Shown: positions 56,355 through 64,000 of the stretch, piece by piece | How positions within the stretch are numbered: the first letter of the stretch is position 1 | Layout: each line of letters begins with the position of its first letter | Source of the DNA: Bacteroidia bacterium | GTDB taxonomy: Bacteria; Bacteroidota; Bacteroidia; NS11-12g; UBA9320 | Length of the DNA: 64,000 nt | Direction: 5' to 3' | Assembly (NCBI GenBank): GCA_965216465.1 | Contig: CBDCFW010000006.1 | Span: 550,055 to 614,054, forward strand | The notes under the pieces: generated by a model | What the model saw: only the letters and a program-made list of their open reading frames with translations | What the model was told of the DNA's origin: nothing | Databases searched by the model: none | Position numbers and translations under genes: made by a program

Positions 56355-58696
56355 ATTAGATTTAATTTTTTAGCTTTTCTTCTTATTAATAGGGTATCCA
56401 ATAGCACAACCGAAACTGAGCTAATTGGCATTAAAATCGCAGCAATTATTGGCGTTAACAGTCCCATTACAGCAAATGCAACTCCAGTGATATTATACAT
56501 CAAAGAGAACACTAAACTGATTTGCAACACTATTTTTGAGTAGCGTGTTAAATCCATGAAACTTGGTAGACTGGTAAAGCTTTCTGAAAGAATTACGGCA
56601 TCTGCACCTGGATAAAATCCATTTAGATTGTCAGTAACTGCAATACCAATATCCCCTTCTTGTATTGCTGAACTGTCGTTAAGTCCATCGCCAATCATCA
56701 TAACAGGTTGATCCGAACTGATAGCTTTAATTTCTTTTGCTTTTTGATTCGGTTTCAATCCAAAAATCATGCGTTCAAATCCACTAAACATGGCTTGCAA
56801 TCTGCCTTTTTCAGAAGCGTTGTCTCCGCTCAGAACAGATATTGAATATTTTTGACCCAGCTGTTCTAGAACTCGTGCCAAGCCTGAACGATATGCTGCA
56901 GTTATCAAATAGTGCCCAATTACCTCATCGTTGATTGAAATGTAAACAGCAGAACCCTTCTGCGATTTTTCAAAGTTGCTTACCCATTCTGATGAGCCAA
57001 TTTTAATGAAATATTTTCCGGCAAATCCAGATATTCCCTTTCCGGTTTCTTCCTCAAAATCATCAATTTCAATGGTTTTCTCATTAGCTAAGTGTTTAGC
57101 AAGAATCTGGCTCAACGGATGTGAACTTTGCGAAGCAAGAGATGCTATGGCTTGTTTGAAGTATTCTGATAGTTCATTTCCGTTGTAGGTAATGTTCAAT
57201 GCCTCTTTTTCAGTCAAGGTTCCTGTTTTGTCAAAAACAATATGCTGAATTCTATTTAAAGTAGAAACAGCATTCGACGATTTCAAGAAGAAGTTATTGC
57301 TTGAAAAAACACGTAAAATATTTCCGTAAGTAAATGGAGCACTCAATGCAAGTGCACATGGGCACGCCACAATAAGCACAGAGCTGAATACAAATGCAGC
57401 TGTACTTGGATCTATAAATAACCAGTAAAGCCCTGAAATAAGGGCTATTGAGATTACGCTAATTGTAAAGTACTTACTGATATGGTCCGTCCAATGGGTT
57501 TCAAATTCTTTCTGTTCAGATTTAGAATTCCAAGTTTCCCAAAGTTTGTCGATACTTGGTTTTTCATTGAGTTTAATCACCAAATCTCCTAGCTGCTGAC
57601 ATCCTCCAGCAAAAACCTTTTGGCCTTTGCTTGCCTTTTCTGGTATCGTTTCGCCAGTGATAAAAGCATAGTCGATTAAACCCTTGCCTCGAACGAGACT
57701 GCCATTAACTGGAATAATTTCTCCGTGTTTAACTAAAACTTGATCACCTGCATTTAGGCTATCTATACGTTGCCAGTTGATTTCATTTTCACCATTTACT
57801 TGACGAACAACAAGTGGAATGAAGTCTTGAATATTTCTGTGATAGGAAACCTGGTCGTACACTTTGTGTTGAAACCACTTTCCAATCAAAAGGAAAAAGA
57901 TGAGTCCTGCTAACGAATCAAGATAGCCAACGCCAACTCCGCTAAAAATTTCATACAAACTCCAACCGAATAAACTTAATATTCCAATACTGATTGGAAT
58001 ATTCAAGTGTGATTTACCTGCGGCCAATGCTCGATAAGCTGAAGTAAGGTAATCTTTCCCAGAATAAAGAAGAACCGGTAAACTCAAAACGATAGAAAGT
58101 CCACTAAATAAAGTAGAGAAGAACTGATCTTCGGCCACGTGCAAGCCAAAGTAATGTGGCATGCTAAATAGCATAATGTTCCCAAAACAGAATCCAGCGA
58201 CAGCTAGTTTTAGCAAATTAGACTTTGAGGTTTTCTTGTCGAGTTCTTTTGCCTTTTGGCTGATGCTAATTTGTGGTGGATAGCCAATATCGTCAAGTAA
58301 CTGAGCTACAAACGAAAGCGGCGTGCTTTTTTGCGCGGTAACTGTACATCTTCGTTGTTCAAAATTTACACGAGCTGAAAGAATACCCTCTTGAAATGAA
58401 GGAAGGTCTTCTAGAAGTTCTATACACGAAGAACAGTGAATTGCTGGCAATGAGATACTGATTCTATAAACATCACTATTCTCATAATCAACAAGTTGGC
58501 TAAAATTTTCTTCAAGGTCAAACTGCTTATACTTTAGGCTTACATCTGTTGTTCGATTCTGAATCTTAGCAACAACATCATCTAAGGTTGCACACCCATA
58601 GCAGCAATACACCTGATTGTTAATCTTAATCAGATCATTGTCGCATTCCGTTCCACAATAGGAGCAAGATAAATCTATGGATGCGTGGTTTGTCAA
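56351..58696 (-). CDS. ccoI: Heavy-metal (Cu) translocating P-type ATPase, CcoI/FixI type
   Basis: 781 aa. N-terminal Cys-rich region and HMA-like HCSSC. CPC motif (ACPCALALS). DKTGTLT. GDGLNDS. TTG start. Confidence 0.9.
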   Translation of the reverse strand: MTNHASIDLSCSYCGTECDNDLIKINNQVYCCYGCATLDDVVAKIQNRTTDVSLKYKQFDLEENFSQLVDYENSDVYRISISLPAIHCSSCIELLEDLPSFQEGILSARVNFEQRRCTVTAQKSTPLSFVAQLLDDIGYPPQISISQKAKELDKKTSKSNLLKLAVAGFCFGNIMLFSMPHYFGLHVAEDQFFSTLFSGLSIVLSLPVLLYSGKDYLTSAYRALAAGKSHLNIPISIGILSLFGWSLYEIFSGVGVGYLDSLAGLIFFLLIGKWFQHKVYDQVSYHRNIQDFIPLVVRQVNGENEINWQRIDSLNAGDQVLVKHGEIIPVNGSLVRGKGLIDYAFITGETIPEKASKGQKVFAGGCQQLGDLVIKLNEKPSIDKLWETWNSKSEQKEFETHWTDHISKYFTISVISIALISGLYWLFIDPSTAAFVFSSVLIVACPCALALSAPFTYGNILRVFSSNNFFLKSSNAVSTLNRIQHIVFDKTGTLTEKEALNITYNGNELSEYFKQAIASLASQSSHPLSQILAKHLANEKTIEIDDFEEETGKGISGFAGKYFIKIGSSEWVSNFEKSQKGSAVYISINDEVIGHYLITAAYRSGLARVLEQLGQKYSISVLSGDNASEKGRLQAMFSGFERMIFGLKPNQKAKEIKAISSDQPVMMIGDGLNDSSAIQEGDIGIAVTDNLNGFYPGADAVILSESFTSLPSFMDLTRYSKIVLQISLVFSLMYNITGVAFAVMGLLTPIIAAILMPISSVSVVLLDTLLIRRKAKKLNLI

Positions 58697-58743
58697 AAGT
58701 TTAAATTAAAGTTCAAATTTCTTGGTGTTTGGGGCTATTCATT

Positions 58744-58757
58744 TTGAGCAATATCAG
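58744..58757. promoter_or_regulatory. Candidate Crp/Fnr-family box upstream of the cco operon
   Basis: TTGAG-CAAT-ATCAG matches the TTGAT-N4-ATCAA consensus at 8 of 10 half-site positions. It is centred about 54 nt upstream of the ccoI start codon. Confidence 0.35.
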
Positions 58758-58772
58758 GACTACCTATGATAT

Positions 58773-59567
58773 TTAACCTTTTGCAGGAATCACCAGTAAA
58801 GGTTGCTTGCATTTACCACAAATTGTGCGGGTTATGCTTCGATTAAACAGATAATCGAGACGCGAATTATGTGAGTGGTATAAACCGAGAATATCGATCT
58901 CATTTTCATTTAAAAAATCGTTAATTCCATCAACTACTGAATCATTTTCTCGCAGCTCAACACCAAATTGATATCCCTTCAATGGAATGCTTTTCGGAAA
59001 GCCTCCTTCATGATTTTTTCGGATAATCGTCAAAACATCAATATGTGGATTAGACAATTTTAGGCTGTCGATAAACTGCTCTACAAAGTCTTGATTTTCA
59101 AGCACTTTTTTGTCAGTAGCTAGCACAAATCGATGAATGGGTCGGTCAACTTTGAGTTCAGGAATTGCCAAAATTGGAACCTTTGAAGTTCGAATAAGCG
59201 ATTCGGTTACTGAGCCCATAATCTTTGACGAGACGTTGGTTGCTCCTTTCGTTCCCATAACAATAAGATCTATATCCATGCTTTCTGCATAGTTCTCGAC
59301 CCAATTTTTGAGATGACCATATTTCAGTAAGTAATCCAACCGATTTCCATAAACTTCTTCAATCTTGTCGACCAATTGGAGCATCTCCTTTTGGGCGTCT
59401 TTCATCATTAATTGATCAAGACGAATGAGCACACCTGAAGTACTATGTGGCTCTTTTATGGTGTGTATTAACTTGATATTCAACTTGCTTACATCAAAAT
59501 GCTTGTGCACATAATTGATAGCATGTTTAGAATATTCAGAAAAATCGGTTGGAATTAATATGTTCAT
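58773..59567 (-). CDS. Universal stress protein, tandem Usp domains
   Basis: 264 aa. MNILIPTDFSEYS start. VMGTKGATN...GSVTE ATP-binding-type motif. Confidence 0.8.
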   Translation of the reverse strand: MNILIPTDFSEYSKHAINYVHKHFDVSKLNIKLIHTIKEPHSTSGVLIRLDQLMMKDAQKEMLQLVDKIEEVYGNRLDYLLKYGHLKNWVENYAESMDIDLIVMGTKGATNVSSKIMGSVTESLIRTSKVPILAIPELKVDRPIHRFVLATDKKVLENQDFVEQFIDSLKLSNPHIDVLTIIRKNHEGGFPKSIPLKGYQFGVELRENDSVVDGINDFLNENEIDILGLYHSHNSRLDYLFNRSITRTICGKCKQPLLVIPAKG

Positions 59568-59570
59568 ATA

Positions 59571-59939
59571 CTAGTGTCTTTTCAGGCTCTCCTCAGACAT
59601 TTTCATTTGTTCTTTTAACGAATAGTGATCTGTTCGGGTTGTCTCTATCCAGATATGACCCATTTTTCGAAACACCTGAACATGCAAGCCCAGTTGATCT
59701 TCAAATGCAGATTCCAATTCTGAAACTTTCATGCCCGGAGTTATATGAAGTTCGTCGTTATGAATATCGGGATTTAACTTGGATAAAACAATTTCATCCA
59801 TTACCATATCCTTTTTGGGAGACCCTTCGTTCTCTTCATGAGCTTTATAAAAAAACTCAAGTTTGAGTCCTTTGTATTTGGTCGCAAATGCGGCCTTTAC
59901 ATCCGTTGTTGTATTCTCTTTTAATACTTTTAAGTCCAT
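59571..59939 (-). CDS. Hypothetical protein (122 aa)
   Basis: Soluble. No recognised motif. 3-nt spacer to the downstream Usp gene. Confidence 0.5.
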   Translation of the reverse strand: MDLKVLKENTTTDVKAAFATKYKGLKLEFFYKAHEENEGSPKKDMVMDEIVLSKLNPDIHNDELHITPGMKVSELESAFEDQLGLHVQVFRKMGHIWIETTRTDHYSLKEQMKMSEESLKRH

Positions 59940-59950
59940 GATTATTGGGT

Positions 59951-60331
59951 TTATAATACTTCACTGAGGTAGGTAGTAAACTCCTGCTTCAGCTCCGCAT
60001 AAATTTTATCAAACATTTTCATTCTATCAACTAAGGCTGGATTCTCATCTGCCTTACGATGGTCTGTTGCCACATTATTTTCTTTGGCATTCACAACAAT
60101 TTTATGCTCCTCAGCATTCACATCGTGGCGAAGTTCATCGATTACTTCATTGTGCCGGATAAACTGATTTTGGAAGTGCTCAGCCATGGCTAGAACTTCT
60201 GTTTTAGAATTTTTAGATACTACTTCTGCTAGTCTATTCTTAAATGTCTTAATCTCGTCTTTTACAAAGTCTAGATCTTTTAACCACTCTAAATGCTCTT
60301 GGTGTAACTCGCTTAAATACTTCTTTTCCAT
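59951..60331 (-). CDS. Hypothetical helical His/Glu-rich protein (126 aa)
   Basis: Predicted helical. Repeated H/E positions (HQEHLEW, EHFQNQFIRHNE, ELRHD, EEH) are suggestive of a di-metal/hemerythrin-like bundle, but this is unverified. Confidence 0.5.
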   Translation of the reverse strand: MEKKYLSELHQEHLEWLKDLDFVKDEIKTFKNRLAEVVSKNSKTEVLAMAEHFQNQFIRHNEVIDELRHDVNAEEHKIVVNAKENNVATDHRKADENPALVDRMKMFDKIYAELKQEFTTYLSEVL

Positions 60332-60352
60332 GATTATTTTTCTTTTAGTTTT

Positions 60353-61150
60353 TTAATTAAATATTAATACCGGTATTGCTGATTTATTCAATACCTCTTT
60401 TGTCGTACTGTGGTGGAATAGATTTTCAAAGAAGGTTCTGTGATGTCTCTTTACAGCCAAAACTTCAATTTGATGCCGTTTAACATACTCTTCAATTCCA
60501 TTTTCTACTTCGTCTGACCATACGCATACCTCTTTCACTCCTCCTTCATCACACACGCATTCTTCTTCATACTGGTTGTGTTCTCTGCCGGCTTCAACTG
60601 ATATAATGTCAATTTTTGTTGAACCTTGTTCAGTGATATTGTATATGAAATCTAGTTGGGTAGAAATATTCTCTTGATGATCATTTGCAAAGGCAATATG
60701 GTTGAGTCCTTTAAACTCACTTCCATTTGGCACTACTAAAACAGGCACCGCACTTCGTTTCACAACTCCGTAGCTTACCGTACCTAATAATTCATCAATC
60801 ATATTAGAAGCACCATTGGTTCCCATAATAATCATGTTTGCACCTAATTTTTCGGCGGTGTTGCCAATTACATCAACGGCCAACCCGAAATCAGAATCAA
60901 ATGTTGCTTCTAGTCCTGTGGTTTCTAGAATTGTTTCACACGCAGCTTCGAGCTTGTTTCGTGACGCTATGCGTTGTGTTTCCATCAAGGTGTCTAGCAC
61001 ATTTGCTGCACTGTTCACATCAATCGCAGGAACATGCATCACATGAAGTAACATGAGCTTTGCATCAATCTCTTTTGCGATACGAGCTGCATAGATATTT
61101 GCATTTAGAGCTGTTTCAGAAAAATCGGTTGGGCTAATTATTAAACTCAT
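60353..61150 (-). CDS. Universal stress protein, tandem Usp domains
   Basis: 265 aa. MSLIISPTDFSE start. IMGTNGASN...GTVSYG motif. Confidence 0.8.
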   Translation of the reverse strand: MSLIISPTDFSETALNANIYAARIAKEIDAKLMLLHVMHVPAIDVNSAANVLDTLMETQRIASRNKLEAACETILETTGLEATFDSDFGLAVDVIGNTAEKLGANMIIMGTNGASNMIDELLGTVSYGVVKRSAVPVLVVPNGSEFKGLNHIAFANDHQENISTQLDFIYNITEQGSTKIDIISVEAGREHNQYEEECVCDEGGVKEVCVWSDEVENGIEEYVKRHQIEVLAVKRHHRTFFENLFHHSTTKEVLNKSAIPVLIFN

Positions 61151-61266
61151 GACTGATCTATTTTATACTCCAAAGATGAAAGAAGAACACGCTCTGATTG
61201 CTGCCGAATCTCATTGCCCAGTATGATTTGTAGCAGACGAAGAACTGATATAGATTTTAGGATGCC

Positions 61267-61572
61267 CTAAAGGGTTTGTTTGAAGAGGTAGTAATTTTCT
61301 TCAAAGAATTTTTTACAATCCTCACACTCAAGTTTTTTGTAGTAGTCCCACAAAGAAATTTTGTTCAACCGTTCATTGCAATGGCCACAATTTGTTGCGT
61401 GCGTACACCATTCAAAGAAATGTGCGTCACAGGTATAAATGCTATCCTGAACAAGTGATAAAGAGTCAAAAGAGCTGGGATTAACCTGTGCACTTACTTC
61501 TTGGCTTAAAACTAAAGTCAAGCAAACTGTAATCGATTTAATCAATGTCTTTAGTAAACTACCGAATCCCAT
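61267..61572 (-). CDS. Small secreted Cys/His-rich protein
   Basis: Signal peptide, then YTCDAHFFEWCTHATNCGHCNERL. The spacing loosely resembles the YxCPMHP...CPxCGMxL heavy-metal-binding domain. A second pair is CEDC. Overlaps the rhodanese gene end by 22 nt. Confidence 0.5.
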   Translation of the reverse strand: MGFGSLLKTLIKSITVCLTLVLSQEVSAQVNPSSFDSLSLVQDSIYTCDAHFFEWCTHATNCGHCNERLNKISLWDYYKKLECEDCKKFFEENYYLFKQTL

Positions 61573-61883
61573 GTTGCAATTCCTCTGTCGATCATGAAAA
61601 GATTGTTAAATTCCAATTCCTTGAGCAATCGAACAGCAATTTTGCTTCGTGTTCCATCCTCGCAGTAAATTAGAATGGGAATGTTCTTATTCAGTTCAGA
61701 GAAGTATTCAATGAAATTATCTGCCATAAGGTCTAGTTGAATAGCCTTTGGCAAACTTCCATTCGACCGAGAGGTTTGATTTCGAATATCGATAATTAAG
61801 CCAGTTTCATGATCGAAACTGTTCAATAATTCTTCCTCATTATGAATAATTACAAAACTTTCCACACCAATGTATAGGTGCAA
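61551..61883 (-). CDS. Rhodanese-like single-domain protein
   Basis: 110 aa. Active-site loop ILIYCEDGTRS. TTG start. Confidence 0.8.
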   Translation of the reverse strand: MHLYIGVESFVIIHNEEELLNSFDHETGLIIDIRNQTSRSNGSLPKAIQLDLMADNFIEYFSELNKNIPILIYCEDGTRSKIAVRLLKELEFNNLFMIDRGIATWDSVVY

Positions 61884-61942
61884 GTTTCAGGCTTAATTCA
61901 CTCAACACGGGTGATTTAAATTATGTTCAAATATGATTTTGT

Positions 61943-62953
61943 TCAGAAAGGAGAGTTTTTCAACTTTTCGTAGTCTAGAATGACAATTTCACTCGAATTG
62001 ATGGAAATTAATTTGTCGTTTTTAAACTCCGATAACATACGTATGGCCGTTTCTACGGAAGTTCCGGCCATTGAGGCAATTAGCTCTCTGGGAATCTTCA
62101 TTTTCAGCTGATTCTCTTTGCCATAGGTATTGCACATTTCAATGAGTGCATTTGCAATTCGCTTGCGAACAGATTCGTAGGCCATTTCCAAGATTTTATG
62201 CTCTTTAATAAGCAAGTTTTTCGAGAGGAGTTTTAGAAACGTTGTCGCAACCTCAGAATTATCTTCTACTTGCTTCCTGAAATCGTCGATTGGTATTAGC
62301 CACATTTCAGTATCTTCAATGGTTTCGGCTGTGTCACTTTGGTTTCCAGTTTCGAGCACACTCCAATAACCGAAGAAATCACCGGTATTGCATAGTTCAA
62401 AAATGACTTCTTTGCCATCACGGTTCATTTTCTGAATTTTCACCTTACCAGAATGGATATAATATACATAAGAAGGTGTATCTCCTTCGCGATACACAAT
62501 ACTCTTTGCTCCATAATTTCGAACGAGTTTGTTCTCAAACATTGAATTGAAATCTCCTTTTTTGATGGCAGGCACCATCTGGTTCTGCGATTTCTTAAGG
62601 CGATTCTCAATAGCCGTTAGCAAGTCTGACTCGTCGTACGGTTTTGTGATATAGTCATCCGCCCCGAGTGTCATTCCCTTTCTTACATCCAGCTTATCCG
62701 TTTTAGCAGTGAGGTAAATAAATGGAATGCGCAACGTCTCATCATGGCGACTCAGAATATGAAGAACGCCATAACCATCCAGCTTAGGCATCATAATATC
62801 ACAAAGAATTAAGTCGGGCAAATGTTCTAACGCCAGTTTAACTCCTTCGTTTCCATCCTCTGCTTCGATGGTCTCATAGCCAGAGAGATTTAGCAGTTCT
62901 GCTATATTCTCGCGGATGTCTTGGTTGTCTTCAATTACTAGTATTGTGCTCAC
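61943..62953 (-). CDS. Hybrid response regulator: REC domain fused to Crp/Fnr-type cNMP-binding and HTH domains
   Basis: REC (ILVIEDN, phospho-acceptor context LILCDIMMPKLDG, conserved K in ITKPY). Then beta-roll (REGDTPSYVYYIHSGKVKI). C-terminal HTH (RELIASMAGTSVETAIRMLSEF). Confidence 0.85.
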   Translation of the reverse strand: MSTILVIEDNQDIRENIAELLNLSGYETIEAEDGNEGVKLALEHLPDLILCDIMMPKLDGYGVLHILSRHDETLRIPFIYLTAKTDKLDVRKGMTLGADDYITKPYDESDLLTAIENRLKKSQNQMVPAIKKGDFNSMFENKLVRNYGAKSIVYREGDTPSYVYYIHSGKVKIQKMNRDGKEVIFELCNTGDFFGYWSVLETGNQSDTAETIEDTEMWLIPIDDFRKQVEDNSEVATTFLKLLSKNLLIKEHKILEMAYESVRKRIANALIEMCNTYGKENQLKMKIPRELIASMAGTSVETAIRMLSEFKNDKLISINSSEIVILDYEKLKNSPF

Positions 62954-64000
62954 GGTAAATTAAATTTTATTGAAAAGCTACTTCCTTCACCTAATTGGCT
63001 GTCAAAAATAACCTCTGCATTCATTATTTTGGCATATCGCCTTACTATATTCAGGCCTAGACCTGTTCCTGGAATATTCCCTGCATTCGAAGCCCTAAAA
63101 AATCGATTAAATAAATTGGCTTGATCTTCTTCAGATATTCCTATTCCGCTGTCTTTCACAGTGATAAGCAGCGAATTGTTCTCTTCCTTGGTAAGCACCT
63201 CTACATCTTTTTTGCTGTATTTTGTTGCATTCGACAACAAGTTGTTCAGCGTGTTTCTGAGCAAAAATGGGTCAAGCAAGTAGGATTCTTTACGGTGTAA
63301 GTAAGTGCTCACTATTTTTTGGTTCTCCTTTAGTAGTGCAGAAGATTCCTCGTTCAACTCGTCTAAGAATTGGCTTAGCTTTACTTCTTCTGGATTGTTT
63401 TTGATTAAACCTACTTCCATCTTTTCTAACGAGAGAAAATCGTTTAGAATCATGTTTAAGTTCTGTACATTCTTCTTAATTTTTTGAACGTGCTTTAGCC
63501 TATTTGTCTGTTGCTCTTCTTTTGTATACTTTTCAATCAATCCAGCTGAACTGAGAATTCCACTTAATGGAGTTCTAAATTCATGCGAAGCCATTGAAAC
63601 AAATCGCGTCTTTAGCTCATTGAGGTGTTTTTCCTTTTGCAAGGCATTGTAGATTTCATCTTCAGCTTGCTTCTCTTTGGTGATATTGGTCTCAACGAGC
63701 AACACTTGATCTATCTCCCCGTTGTGGTTGTACAAGGGAACACATCGAGCGCCGTACTTTCTGTTTTCTTGAGTAAAATCAAATGTTTGATCTACTCCGT
63801 TGAACACCTCTTCTACCTTCTCCTTAACCAAGTCTTGCACATCATTAGGAAGAATAGAAATGTAGTTTTCACCCAACAACTGGTCTGTACCATAACCTAA
63901 CTTCTTCAGCTCACTACCTTCAATAAATACAATGTTAAGATTTCGGTCTAATACACTGATAGTTCCATTTGGGAAGTTGATTGCTATTGCTTCATAAAGC
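62950..64000 (-). CDS. PAS-domain sensor histidine kinase; N-terminus lies beyond the window edge
   Basis: H-box MASHEFRTPL. N-box LLSNATKYS. G-boxes DSGIGI and GTGLGLNIV. The frame stays open upstream of the ORF-track TTG (63879) to the window edge (...LYEAIAINFPNGTISVLDRNLNIVFIEGSELKKLGYGTDQLLGENY, PAS-like). 4-nt overlap with the regulator gene. Confidence 0.88.
   Translation of the reverse strand, partial: LYEAIAINFPNGTISVLDRNLNIVFIEGSELKKLGYGTDQLLGENYISILPNDVQDLVKEKVEEVFNGVDQTFDFTQENRKYGARCVPLYNHNGEIDQVLLVETNITKEKQAEDEIYNALQKEKHLNELKTRFVSMASHEFRTPLSGILSSAGLIEKYTKEEQQTNRLKHVQKIKKNVQNLNMILNDFLSLEKMEVGLIKNNPEEVKLSQFLDELNEESSALLKENQKIVSTYLHRKESYLLDPFLLRNTLNNLLSNATKYSKKDVEVLTKEENNSLLITVKDSGIGISEEDQANLFNRFFRASNAGNIPGTGLGLNIVRRYAKIMNAEVIFDSQLGEGSSFSIKFNLP

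Noticed and set aside
59549-59866. 105-aa plus-strand ORF
   Set aside because: It is antisense across the junction of a Usp gene and the 122-aa gene. It has no promoter box and no plausible protein features.

Overview
AT-rich, very gene-dense chromosomal window with about 60 protein genes and many 1-8 nt gene overlaps. I saw no rRNA, tRNA, CRISPR array, IS element or integrase. It reads as a Bacteroidota (Flavobacteriia-type) genome. The evidence is a T9SS C-terminal sorting domain, type III glutamine synthetase, fused CcoN-CcoO cbb3 oxidase, DUF2723, TAnnTTTG -7 promoter boxes 4-29 nt upstream of start codons, and no obvious Shine-Dalgarno use. Most of the window is housekeeping: tyrS, polA, lpxH, prfA, glnA (type III), rlmN, an HscA-like Hsp70, rlmB, rimP-nusA-infB, fabH, ndk and an S41 peptidase. 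From 50.5 kb to the window end there is one long minus-strand microaerobic/stress block. It contains ccoI-ccoS-ccoNO-ccoQ-ccoP-ccoG-fixH-TauE-like, a Usp/rhodanese cluster, and a REC-Crp hybrid regulator with a PAS histidine kinase. The stand-out is a self-contained plus-strand operon at 42.6-50.5 kb. It encodes a 454-aa all-helical coiled-coil protein, two unknown soluble proteins, a classical-clade AAA+ ATPase with an atypical Walker B, a small 3-TM protein and a 529-aa membrane-anchored protein. It has its own promoter box and tight translational coupling, and I cannot match it to any described system. Two reading-frame breaks sit inside this operon, one exactly at an A7 run. Other notable points are a promoter plus intrinsic-terminator leader in front of rimP-nusA-infB, two cco genes below the ORF-track size cutoff (ccoQ-like, ccoS), a catalytically dead retropepsin-like domain on an OmpA-family lipoprotein, and convergent genes that abut or overlap stop-to-stop. 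All family assignments come from motifs I recognise by eye. No database search was possible.
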